35,885 nt of DNA from a virus (Duplodnaviria; Caudoviricetes), in IMG/VR virus record IMGVR_UViG_3300037483_000262, positions 1 to 35,885 of that record, one strand, 5' to 3'. The position numbers and the translations under genes were made by a program. The number at the start of each line of letters is the position of its first letter. The stretch's first letter is position 1. Below, one piece after another: positions 25,249 through 33,710 of this stretch. Under the pieces are notes generated by a model. That model searched no databases, was not told the DNA's origin, and was given only the letters and a program-made list of their open reading frames with translations.

Positions 25249-25322
25249 AAACATTTATCGTAAGGCTGGTAATCGGAGCAATCGCTCTTGGTATTGCTGC
25301 GCTATTTACTATGGGAGGCTAG
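25245..25322 (+). CDS. 25-aa hydrophobic peptide (not in ORF track)
   Basis: MKTFIVRLVIGAIALGIAALFTMGG; GGAG RBS; ATGA overlap; fills the gap up to the helicase start. Confidence 0.6.
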   Translation: MKTFIVRLVIGAIALGIAALFTMGG

Positions 25323-25323
25323 T

Positions 25324-26616
25324 ATGATTAATCTTTATGAATATCAGAAGAAGTATCTGGCCGACCTGAAACCGCGCTCAATAATGGCGGCCGATACCGG
25401 AACAGGCAAGACGTTTATGGCATTGGTTCACTATCAGAAGTGGTCGCTACAATTCTTGAGTGCTAATGGAAGGGTTACGTTCAGGCCGCCTCTTCTTATA
25501 TTGGCGCCGGCCTCCAAAGTCCGAACCGAGGATTGGGAGCGCGAAATTACGGAATGGTTTGGCGAGGGCAATGAACCGGAATATCAAATATACTCTTATG
25601 AAAAATTCAGCCGCAATCCTTCGCTTAAACAATTTCGGGAGGGCAAACGTGCTATCTGGCATGATTACGCACCGAAATACGGCGGCAAGCAATGGGCTGT
25701 GATATGCGACGAAGTACACCGAGCCAAAAACCCGCAATCTGGTATCGGTAAGGCTGTCTATTGGACTGCCAAAGACGCTCAATTCTTCGTCGGCCTATCG
25801 GCTACCCCGCTGCCGAACGGCTGGATCGACTTCGCCAATTATTCAAAGATATGGGGATTCACCAAAGGCATAACCGAGTTCAAAAATCGCTACTGTGAAT
25901 ATGTCGATTACAAGGGTTTCCCCGAGCTCAAGCAATACTGGCATATTGACGAGCTTATGAAGCAATGGGATTCGGTATCTAAAAAGCTGACTAAGGCTGA
26001 AGCCAATGACCTTCCGGACCGCACCTTCGTCGGCGTGGACTTCAAGCGGCCGCCGGCCTACATCAAAACCATAATAGAACGCAAAAACGCCGCCGGCGAC
26101 TTGCTCGACTCGGCCGGCGCTCTGGCCCACGCCATTCGCCAAACGCTCACGCCGGTCAAACTGGACTACTTATCTGACCTACTCGACGGAACGAACGAAA
26201 ACGTCGTGATTTTCTACAACTACATCACCGAACGCGAGGCGATACTTGACCTGTTAAGTAAAAAGCACAAGGATAAGACTGTTTTCCGGCAAGATGGCGA
26301 GAAACATCAGCTACCGAAAAAAGCCGATTGGAGCGGCATTACCAATTCAGTCACAGTATCGCATTACCGGTCCGGATCAACCGGCGTTGAAATGACATAC
26401 GCTACCCAGGTGATTTACTTCAGTCCGACCTATTCATACGCTGACTACTTGCAATCAATCGGCCGCGTATACCGCAACGGCCAAACCAATAAAACCACGT
26501 TTTATAATTTTAGGACGCCGAATAGTATTGAGGAGGATATCTATACGGTGCTCAAAACCAAGAACGACTTTCAAGTCGCTCAATGGATTAAGAAAACATT
26601 TAAGGAGGAAGAATAA
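25324..26616 (+). CDS. SNF2-like SF2 helicase
   Basis: LYEYQ, DTGTGKT, DEVHRAKN, LSATP, QSIGRVYRNGQ; start MINL after GGAGG. Confidence 0.92.
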   Translation: MINLYEYQKKYLADLKPRSIMAADTGTGKTFMALVHYQKWSLQFLSANGRVTFRPPLLILAPASKVRTEDWEREITEWFGEGNEPEYQIYSYEKFSRNPSLKQFREGKRAIWHDYAPKYGGKQWAVICDEVHRAKNPQSGIGKAVYWTAKDAQFFVGLSATPLPNGWIDFANYSKIWGFTKGITEFKNRYCEYVDYKGFPELKQYWHIDELMKQWDSVSKKLTKAEANDLPDRTFVGVDFKRPPAYIKTIIERKNAAGDLLDSAGALAHAIRQTLTPVKLDYLSDLLDGTNENVVIFYNYITEREAILDLLSKKHKDKTVFRQDGEKHQLPKKADWSGITNSVTVSHYRSGSTGVEMTYATQVIYFSPTYSYADYLQSIGRVYRNGQTNKTTFYNFRTPNSIEEDIYTVLKTKNDFQVAQWIKKTFKEEE

Positions 26617-26798
26617 TGCAATATGTCTATTATATCCGCAAACGCAAAGACGGCGAACCACCGATCTCGATTGTTGAAATGAGTGATATTGAAGATGGCG
26701 ATTACGTCACAATTCACTTTGATAAAAAGCGACACGTTACTATTAAAAGCAATAACAAAAAATATAAAAAGCACAACAATAATTCTGTTGACGAATAA
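26616..26798 (+). CDS. Small hypothetical protein
   Basis: 60 aa; RBS AAGGAGG; TAATG overlap. Confidence 0.6.
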   Translation: MQYVYYIRKRKDGEPPISIVEMSDIEDGDYVTIHFDKKRHVTIKSNNKKYKKHNNNSVDE

Positions 26799-26816
26799 TG
26801 TTCATTAATATAGACT
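26788..26816 (+). promoter_or_regulatory. Sigma70 promoter TTGACG-17-TAGACT
   Basis: Near-consensus boxes with 17-nt spacing upstream of ORF 26845. Confidence 0.65.
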
Positions 26817-26844
26817 AATAATTACCACTACGCAAAGGGGTTCT

Positions 26845-27105
26845 ATGAAAAAGTACACAATCTACGCTTATAAGCACTATTGGCCTGACCATCTTAACGA
26901 TCCGGACAGCGGTGATATTCCAGTACCTTATAGTAAAGACGAACGCGATTATGTGATCGAGGCTGAAAGCGAAAAAGAAGCTATTAAAATTGCTGAAGAA
27001 AATTACGGAAGTGGTGAGCGCACTACTGAAGATGGCAAATATATACCAAATTCTGATGGAAGCTGGACTTTGATGGGTGTCAAAAAAGTCGAGGTTCTAA
27101 AATGA
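26845..27105 (+). CDS. Hypothetical protein
   Basis: 86 aa; RBS AAGGGG; IEAESEKEAIKIAE motif common in small phage proteins. Confidence 0.75.
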   Translation: MKKYTIYAYKHYWPDHLNDPDSGDIPVPYSKDERDYVIEAESEKEAIKIAEENYGSGERTTEDGKYIPNSDGSWTLMGVKKVEVLK

Positions 27106-28346
27106 CTCAAGCTGAAGCAATTGACCTGATGATGTCCGGAGCAAGTATATTCCTTACTGGCGAACCAGGAGCCGGCAAGACATATACTCTGAACCAATTC
27201 ATCGAAAAGGCTCGCGCGGCTGATAAGCGAATAGCGATCACGGCCTCAACCGGTATCGCGGCCAGCCATATAAACGGCGTGACGATCCATTCATGGAGCG
27301 GACTTGGCATTGCCGATTCAATAACTGACGCCGAGTTGGATCGCATGAGCTATAAATCATTCCTGCGGGACAAATACAACCGGTGTGACATTCTGATTAT
27401 TGACGAGATATCAATGCTCCACAATTACAGGCTCGATATGATTGAGCGAGCCTGTCGGTGGGTCCGTAACCGGTTTAATGATCCGTTCGGTGGGTTACAA
27501 GTAATATTGGTAGGTGATCTGTTCCAATTGCCGCCGGTGACGCGGGACAGCTTCGGTGATGATTACGTTCACCAGTCCGAGGCGTGGAACGCGGCCGACC
27601 TGAAAGTGGCGTACCTCACGGAGCAGCACCGGCAGGGAGCCGACGACCAATTGCTGACTATCTTGCGCCAAATGCGAACCGGCGATCTATCCGTCGAATC
27701 GCGCCAACGCCTCGCAAGCCGGCAACGTCCCTCTGACGACGATTCAATTACTCGCCTCTATACTCACAACGTAGACGTGGACGCGCTGAATCGCAAGAAG
27801 CTTGACGAGCTTGAAGGCAAGCACCGCACTTTTCACATGAAAAGTTCTGGCGATAAATACCGTAGCCAAGCCATGCGACGCAATATACTCGCACCAGAAG
27901 CGCTTGAGCTTAAGGTTGGCGCCGAGGTGATGTTCGTGGCTAATAATTGGGACGAAGGCTTCGTGAATGGCACGAGGGGCCGAGTAACCGGATTCACCGG
28001 TTCGGGTGAGCCACAAGTTGAAACAGTTGATGGTAACTTCGTGACAGTCGAGAAGCACACCTGGAAGGCTTTTGATGATCTTGGTCAGTATGTAGTCGCC
28101 GAGGTGTCACAATACCCGCTACGGCTCGCCTGGGCTGTTACTATACATAAAAGCCAGGGTATGAGCTTAGACGCCGCTGAAATTGATCTTGGCAAGGCGT
28201 TTGCGCCAGGAATGGGATACGTTGCGCTTAGTCGGGTTCGCAGCCTCGAAGGGTTATACCTTCTTGGCCTCGGTGAACAGGCGTTCGCAATGGACCAAGA
28301 TATCCGTAAATTCGATAAACTATTAAGGAAGGGGAGGTCAAAATAA
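27102..28346 (+). CDS. PIF1/RecD-like SF1B helicase
   Basis: TGEPGAGKT, ASTGIAA, IDEISM, PFGGLQVILVGDLFQLPPV, QYPLRLAWAVTIHKSQGMSLD, YVALSR. Confidence 0.95.
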   Translation: MTQAEAIDLMMSGASIFLTGEPGAGKTYTLNQFIEKARAADKRIAITASTGIAASHINGVTIHSWSGLGIADSITDAELDRMSYKSFLRDKYNRCDILIIDEISMLHNYRLDMIERACRWVRNRFNDPFGGLQVILVGDLFQLPPVTRDSFGDDYVHQSEAWNAADLKVAYLTEQHRQGADDQLLTILRQMRTGDLSVESRQRLASRQRPSDDDSITRLYTHNVDVDALNRKKLDELEGKHRTFHMKSSGDKYRSQAMRRNILAPEALELKVGAEVMFVANNWDEGFVNGTRGRVTGFTGSGEPQVETVDGNFVTVEKHTWKAFDDLGQYVVAEVSQYPLRLAWAVTIHKSQGMSLDAAEIDLGKAFAPGMGYVALSRVRSLEGLYLLGLGEQAFAMDQDIRKFDKLLRKGRSK

Positions 28347-28522
28347 TGGCTGAACAGAATATTAATGTAACGGTTACTATGCCGGTGTCATACGCCGCAT
28401 ATATCGACCGTAAAGCGGCTACGAAGGATCAAAATCGTAGTCAGGTTGTCCGCGCCATGATCCGCAAGGATATGGAAGAAGACGCCGCTAACAAGCCTAA
28501 AAAAGTTAAGGGAGGGAAGTAA
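28346..28522 (+). CDS. Ribbon-helix-helix (CopG/Arc-like) DNA-binding protein (58 aa, not in ORF track)
   Basis: MAEQNINVTVTMPVSYAAYIDRKAATKDQNRSQVVRAMIRKDM; TAATG-coupled at both ends. Confidence 0.8.
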   Translation: MAEQNINVTVTMPVSYAAYIDRKAATKDQNRSQVVRAMIRKDMEEDAANKPKKVKGGK

Positions 28523-29217
28523 TGGCCGTAGAAATAATAAGAGCAAAGCCAGTCGCACCGAGCAAGTTCTTGGTGATTGGCGAGCCGTTTAGTGGCAAAA
28601 CCACATTAGCGGCTAAAGCGCCGAAACCGGTGTTTATCAGCACCGACGGCAATTCGGCCAAGCAGGGGCTTGATACGATTCGTGTCAAGACGGTTCAGGA
28701 CGTCCGTGACGCCATGCAATTGGTGGCAGGGACCAAAGACTATAAAACAATCGTGGTTGACACTGTTGAGGGTATCGTTGATATCTTTGGCGATCAGGTG
28801 TTGTCCGAGTTCAGCAATTACCGGACTCCGGAAGGCAAACCGATCCAGGCGCTTCAGGACGTGCCATTCGGTCGGGCCACTGGTGTACTCAATAAGCGAA
28901 TCCAGGCTTTCGCTGAAGCGCTGATGAAGCTCCCGCATAACGTCGTCGTGCTTAGTTATACTAAGCGGGTTCAGGACGACATTTCCGGCGCTATCAAGCT
29001 AGAGAGCGAGTTTAAGGGTATTCGCCTGTTCACGCGCTTCATGGACGCTCAAGTGCTGTGTTACAGTGATGGCGAGAAGCACCGAGTCAGCTTAATCGAA
29101 AAGCGTGAAGTAATGGCCGGCAAGGTCGATTATGGTGAGATTGGTGATTTCCTAACTGCTATCGGTTGGGAATTACCGAAGAAGTCAACTAAGGTCGGAA
29201 CAGCGAGGAAGCGGTAA
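28522..29217 (+). CDS. AAA_24 ATPase (Sak4-like single-strand annealing protein candidate)
   Basis: GEPFSGKTT, ISTDGN, TIVVDTV; near SSB-like and exonuclease genes. Confidence 0.8.
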   Translation: MAVEIIRAKPVAPSKFLVIGEPFSGKTTLAAKAPKPVFISTDGNSAKQGLDTIRVKTVQDVRDAMQLVAGTKDYKTIVVDTVEGIVDIFGDQVLSEFSNYRTPEGKPIQALQDVPFGRATGVLNKRIQAFAEALMKLPHNVVVLSYTKRVQDDISGAIKLESEFKGIRLFTRFMDAQVLCYSDGEKHRVSLIEKREVMAGKVDYGEIGDFLTAIGWELPKKSTKVGTARKR

Positions 29218-29504
29218 TGGCAAACGTTCATCAACTTAGCAAAGAAAATCAGATGGGAGTTTGGTATCAAGGCAAAGAGTATTGGATACCGGCAATCCCC
29301 TATCCGTTTTTCACTACCAAAGGTTTGCCATTTTGGAAGCGATTCAATGAAAAGAATTGGCGACCTCAATGTGTTTGCGGTAGAATTTTCGAAACTCTGG
29401 AAGACTATAACGCTCATATCGTGTACAACAATACCTTATGGGGTCTTGCTGACGGAGTGAAAACATCAAATGTATCAATAACTAACAATAAGGAGGATCA
29501 GTAA
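29217..29504 (+). CDS. Hypothetical protein with zinc-finger-like motif
   Basis: CVCGRIFETLEDYNAH; TAATG overlap. Confidence 0.6.
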   Translation: MANVHQLSKENQMGVWYQGKEYWIPAIPYPFFTTKGLPFWKRFNEKNWRPQCVCGRIFETLEDYNAHIVYNNTLWGLADGVKTSNVSITNNKEDQ

Positions 29505-29505
29505 A

Positions 29506-30075
29506 ATGGTCAAATTTAGCGACGAGCACAAAGAAGAGCAACAAGGTAATTACTTCGGTCAGGGAGTTCACAAGGTCCAAATTATGCTTGTGGAGTTTGG
29601 TAAGACCGACGACGGCAAAGAGTTCGGTGAATTTACTGTCGTTGATCCGGAAAACGACGATCGGCAAGACAGGGTTCGATTGTGGTTCACAACCGACAAA
29701 GCTGTAAAATTCAGCTTTAGCACCCTTCGCAACATCTTCGTTCATAATGCACCGGAAGACAAAAAGGATTCCACCCGCGAGAAATTCAACGCTTTGAAGG
29801 ATACCGAAGAGCTTGAACAGGCGTGTACGAAAACTCTAATTGGCAAGGAATGTTGGTACACCTTGTACGAGGACCCCGAGCGAACATATACCAACGACAA
29901 GGGTGAAGTGAAAAACAGCTATAACCGGAACATTTACGGATACGAGCCAAAACCTCGCACCGTTACGCCGGCCGAAGGCGTTGAAGATGTCCAGGTTGAT
30001 AGCGGTGAACAAACTAAAAAAGCTGATGGTGATCCAGGTCCGCAAGACCCAGGCAGTCAACCATTCGGATTCTAG
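29506..30075 (+). CDS. Putative single-stranded DNA-binding protein (DUF669-like)
   Basis: Beta-rich N-terminus and acidic disordered tail ending QPFGF; typical position after an AAA_24 gene. Confidence 0.6.
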   Translation: MVKFSDEHKEEQQGNYFGQGVHKVQIMLVEFGKTDDGKEFGEFTVVDPENDDRQDRVRLWFTTDKAVKFSFSTLRNIFVHNAPEDKKDSTREKFNALKDTEELEQACTKTLIGKECWYTLYEDPERTYTNDKGEVKNSYNRNIYGYEPKPRTVTPAEGVEDVQVDSGEQTKKADGDPGPQDPGSQPFGF

Positions 30076-30083
30076 GAGGGGAT

Positions 30084-30323
30084 ATGAAAGCTTTGAGCTA
30101 CCTCGCATTAATCACTGGCGTTCTGTTTCTCGGTTTCACTATCGGAACAGTAGTCGGCTCACAAAAAGAAAAACAATATACCCTTAAGCCATACACCGGA
30201 CTTGGTTCCGGCGTATTGGCCCCAGGGACCGTACTGAAAGAAAACTATAAGAGTCCGGCTTCCGTTATCGGCAAAGTTGACGGCGGGGTTTGGATAATCG
30301 AGGAGGTGTCAAATGACAATTAA
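30084..30323 (+). CDS. Small membrane/secreted protein
   Basis: N-terminal hydrophobic helix; RBS AGGAGG. Confidence 0.65.
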   Translation: MKALSYLALITGVLFLGFTIGTVVGSQKEKQYTLKPYTGLGSGVLAPGTVLKENYKSPASVIGKVDGGVWIIEEVSNDN

Positions 30324-30552
30324 AGAAGCTGCTAAAGAGTTGAAAAAGCTCAAAAACATTCAAGGTCGGACCGGCAATTGGGACTACAATCCCTATATGC
30401 ACGGCTTGTACAACGGCATTGAGTTGGCTCTGGCTACTGTTGAGGGCCGCGATCCGGAGTTCAAGGAAGCACCGGCACGCTGGCTCGAAAAGAACCCAAC
30501 CGTTAATAAACCTCGGGACCCGATCGGCCACGAGAAAGACTTGCGTGTATGA
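30313..30552 (+). CDS. Hypothetical protein
   Basis: 79 aa; RBS AGGAGGT; GNWDYNPYMHGLYNGIELALA. Confidence 0.75.
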   Translation: MTIKEAAKELKKLKNIQGRTGNWDYNPYMHGLYNGIELALATVEGRDPEFKEAPARWLEKNPTVNKPRDPIGHEKDLRV

Positions 30553-31232
30553 AGTTCGAATACTTCGCTGGCGAACAGCGCACCGAACCCTGGTTCCAAG
30601 CTCGAATCGGCAAGGTAACAGCTAGTAATCTTTACCGATGGCTGGCTGTTAGCAAGCGTGACGGATCGCCGCTGAAGGCACGTCACGACTACGAGCGAGA
30701 GCTCATGTTCGAAAGGACGTTCAATACGATATTCGAAAAATGGAGCAATAGCGCCATGCAAGAGGGTATCGACTTTGAAGCCTTTGCGCGGCAAGAGTAC
30801 GAACGGATTACCGGTAAAAAGGTAACAGAGGTCGGGTGTTGGTTTAACGAGTTCTTCGCGGCCTCGCCGGACGGCGGGGTTGATGATGAAGGATTACTCG
30901 AAATCAAGTGGCTCAAAGATACCAATTGGACCGAGGTGCTTCAAACACAAGCTCCGTATGTCGGCAGCGGTGCGGACCACTGGAAACAGTGTCAGGGCCA
31001 ATTATTCGCTTCTAAGCGTAAATGGTGCGACTATGCCGCCGGCAACCTTAACACCAAGAAGATCATCATACTTCGCGTTTTACCAGATAAGAAGTTCTTC
31101 AAAGAGCTCGAAGAATCACTCAAACAGCCAATTTCAGTTGAAAAATTTAATCTTAAAAATGTTCACGATCTCAAGCTGGAACTACCAGAAGGAGCTACGC
31201 CTCCGTCTGATGGTCCGGATTTTGGGTTCTAA
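30549..31232 (+). CDS. YqaJ / lambda-exonuclease-family recombination nuclease
   Basis: QRTEPWFQARIGKVTAS, AMQEG..FE..AR, ASPDG, LEIK, QCQGQL. Confidence 0.92.
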   Translation: MKFEYFAGEQRTEPWFQARIGKVTASNLYRWLAVSKRDGSPLKARHDYERELMFERTFNTIFEKWSNSAMQEGIDFEAFARQEYERITGKKVTEVGCWFNEFFAASPDGGVDDEGLLEIKWLKDTNWTEVLQTQAPYVGSGADHWKQCQGQLFASKRKWCDYAAGNLNTKKIIILRVLPDKKFFKELEESLKQPISVEKFNLKNVHDLKLELPEGATPPSDGPDFGF

Positions 31233-31241
31233 GGAGGGACT

Positions 31242-31832
31242 ATGTTAGACAGATCATTACATAATGCACACGCGGTAGCTTACATCGTTAAGTCGTACCC
31301 CGATAAAAAGATAACCGAAATGAAAGTAGTCAACGGCAGGGCAGAAGAAGTCGGTATTGCTGGAATGTTCGTATTGCCAGTAATGGAGTTCAACGCAGCC
31401 GTTTGGCGTGCCGAAGACCTGGGGTTGATCGAGGTCGCGGCCGACAAATCAGGTGACGTCCGCTTCGCGGGTGATCCCGAAAAGTGGGAGTTCAACGAGG
31501 AAACTCGGCTCATAATCGAAGACCTTCCCTACGTCCTTAAAAAGTTTGCCAAAAGTGAAACCGATTTCGAAGGCAATTACTTGAGCAATTGGACGCTTGG
31601 ATTTGAGCCGCAGAATATTTTCGTTGCCACCAAGTACCTGATTAACGAAGGTATCGTGGCCGAATATGAGCTCACTACTCGAGTGGTATTTGAGCCAAGC
31701 AAAAAAGGTTTGAAGCGCGGCAAAGTACCAAAAGAATCGAAACAAACATACGAGTTCTATACGTTACCGGAAAATCTCGACAAGCAATGGGGCCGAAAAA
31801 TGTTCCCCGATCAATCGAAATTAATCGATTAA
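31242..31832 (+). CDS. Hypothetical protein
   Basis: 196 aa; RBS AAGGAGG. Confidence 0.8.
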   Translation: MLDRSLHNAHAVAYIVKSYPDKKITEMKVVNGRAEEVGIAGMFVLPVMEFNAAVWRAEDLGLIEVAADKSGDVRFAGDPEKWEFNEETRLIIEDLPYVLKKFAKSETDFEGNYLSNWTLGFEPQNIFVATKYLINEGIVAEYELTTRVVFEPSKKGLKRGKVPKESKQTYEFYTLPENLDKQWGRKMFPDQSKLID

Positions 31833-31892
31833 ACCGAATAGTGCTATAATGCAAATATCCTACTTGGTTGTAGGAGAACCACTTTGCGTATT

Positions 31893-31923
31893 GGAGCACT
31901 CTTTCGGGAGTGTTCCTCTTTTT
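31893..31923 (+). terminator. Intrinsic terminator with UUCG loop
   Basis: GGAGCACTCT-TTCG-GGAGTGTTCC followed by TCTTTTT. Confidence 0.75.
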
Positions 31924-31934
31924 AAGGCAAAAAT

Positions 31935-32273
31935 ATGAGTACAGTTGATGATCTAGTCGCATTAATGAATCCAGAACCGGAATCGCTCGGCATTTCGAAG
32001 GTTGAGGGTATCACCGATACCGAGTGGCTCGATGGAATCCACACGCTCGAGGAAAAAGCCGACCAGTATAAGGTAATGGTTCAATGCCGGCGCTGCGCGG
32101 GGTGGACGCTGATCGAGGGCGACCACGAGGCCCACGTCACGATCGGCGGCTACACGCGCGGGAAGAAATGCGAGCATTGCGGCTCCTCGGACTTCGATTC
32201 TCGTTCCATAATCAGCAAGCGGACCTTCAACCCCGAGATTGCCAAACGTAGGAAATTAAACAGCAATAAGTGA
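31935..32273 (+). CDS. Zinc-ribbon protein
   Basis: CRRC...CEHC pair in a 112-aa ORF. Confidence 0.7.
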   Translation: MSTVDDLVALMNPEPESLGISKVEGITDTEWLDGIHTLEEKADQYKVMVQCRRCAGWTLIEGDHEAHVTIGGYTRGKKCEHCGSSDFDSRSIISKRTFNPEIAKRRKLNSNK

Positions 32274-32351
32274 GCCGGATTGATAGTACAATTATAAGAA
32301 AAGCTTGTGATATAATATAGGGGTGAGGTTGAGTCCCGCGAGGGGTTCAGC

Positions 32352-32385
32352 AAAATCGAGGGCAATGCGGGAGCCCTCGATTTTT
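32352..32385 (+). terminator. Intrinsic terminator (possibly bidirectional)
   Basis: AAAATCGAGGGC-9 nt-GCCCTCGATTTTT. Confidence 0.8.
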
Positions 32386-32513
32386 GTTATAATGGTAGTG
32401 CTAAACAGGGGGTATGCTGAAGCGGTTTAGCTTCATCATTTTGAGTAGCTTAGAAAAGTTCAAGCTTTACTACGAAGACCTTCCTCAAAAGAAGTATAAA
32501 ATTCGTAAGAAGC

Positions 32514-32545
32514 AAAAAAGAGCTCTGAAATAGGAGCTCTTTTTT
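32514..32545. terminator. Bidirectional terminator where the two arms converge
   Basis: AAAAAAGAGCTC-8 nt-GAGCTCTTTTTT. Confidence 0.85.
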
Positions 32546-32556
32546 AATGTAGTAAG

Positions 32557-32868
32557 TTAAACGGTTCGTTTATCGATTGCTGAAGGTGGGACGCCTTCAA
32601 GTGGCTTCACAGCCTTCCTAAATAGCTGATTGTACGCAATCGCGGCCACAACGCCGACGGTCGCTATTTGGACCGCTAAATGGCCCAAATTGTCCAGGCT
32701 CCACTCGATCGGGACCAGGAAGAGCGTAGCAACGATACTCAAGAGTACGTTAGTATGCACCGGATACCGATTGGCAAATGCCAGCGGTATGATTTTAAGT
32801 TTTAATATTTCTAAAACGAGTAGCACCACTCCGGACGCTACAACTGCTGCTTCTGATAGAAATTCCAT
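32557..32868 (-). CDS. Putative holin
   Basis: Three hydrophobic segments and a basic C-terminus; directly downstream of the endolysin gene. Confidence 0.7.
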   Translation of the reverse strand: MEFLSEAAVVASGVVLLVLEILKLKIIPLAFANRYPVHTNVLLSIVATLFLVPIEWSLDNLGHLAVQIATVGVVAAIAYNQLFRKAVKPLEGVPPSAIDKRTV

Positions 32869-32882
32869 AATTATTTCCTCCT

Positions 32883-33590
32883 TTATTTGACTATAAACTT
32901 ATGAGTCCCTGGGGTCAGTATTGTGCCACCATCTTGACATTGCGCTAGGTCTTTAGCCGCTTTAGTAACTTTAGCCGACTCTTCTACTAGCAATTTACGT
33001 TGGATAGCTGAAACATATTGCGCCATTTCCTTCCAAGGGCGACTATCAAAGCGTTTTATTTCACCGCTAGTAGGGTCGCGTCTTAAATATGTTTTGAAAT
33101 GTGCTTTTATTTCAGCAATAGTTGGTATCACGATAGGTTCTTCCTCCTTATAAGTTTTTAATCGATAAACATTCGGGTTCTTACTTGCTCGCCAACTTTC
33201 AGTTTCACTACCGATACGAGAAGCATAAACTCTTTGACCATCGACGATCTTCGAAGCTACACCTCCCATATTAACATTTTCTTCAAAAACCCGACCATTA
33301 CTAAGCTGTACCGCAATATGACCATAAGTGCCATACTCGTAACAGATCAAATCCCCGCGCTTACGCTGTGAATAGGCCACTTTAATAGCGTGACCTTGAG
33401 ATACTAGAGCCTTACCGACGTACCGAGCGTCCCCTCTGGCAGCGTGGGGGTTCGGTACACTCGTCATATCTTCCATAAAATTCTTGGTCAGGGTTACACA
33501 CTGACCTTCGAGTGACGCTACAACAGTCTTAAAAAAGATATTTAGTCGTTTAGCAGCATAGAGATCAGCATTAAGAGCTACTTGGGCCAT
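32883..33590 (-). CDS. Endolysin with CHAP/NlpC-P60-like peptidase domain
   Basis: GQCV (catalytic Cys), YGHIAV (His), FEEN; C-terminal helical region. Confidence 0.8.
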   Translation of the reverse strand: MAQVALNADLYAAKRLNIFFKTVVASLEGQCVTLTKNFMEDMTSVPNPHAARGDARYVGKALVSQGHAIKVAYSQRKRGDLICYEYGTYGHIAVQLSNGRVFEENVNMGGVASKIVDGQRVYASRIGSETESWRASKNPNVYRLKTYKEEEPIVIPTIAEIKAHFKTYLRRDPTSGEIKRFDSRPWKEMAQYVSAIQRKLLVEESAKVTKAAKDLAQCQDGGTILTPGTHKFIVK

Positions 33591-33651
33591 TGTCAGCTTC
33601 TTCCTCTGGTTCTACCGGCGGTGCGGGTCTATCAACTGGTTCTTGCCCCAT
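33571..33651 (-). CDS. 26-aa acidic Pro-rich peptide (not in ORF track)
   Basis: MGQEPVDRPAPPVEPEEEADNGPSSS with GGGAGGG RBS and upstream TATAAT (33678-33683); overlaps the endolysin start. Confidence 0.45.
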   Translation of the reverse strand: MGQEPVDRPAPPVEPEEEADNGPSSS

Positions 33652-33710
33652 ATACCCTCCCTTGCTTTAATACTTGTATTATAAACCAATAAAATTTAAT
33701 AGTCTATCTA

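Noticed and set aside
31858-31881. H-type pseudoknot or known riboswitch (preQ1, fluoride)
   Set aside because: The 1-nt connector is too short to span a 6-bp stem and the ligand-binding consensus nucleotides are absent. Treated as alternative hairpins.
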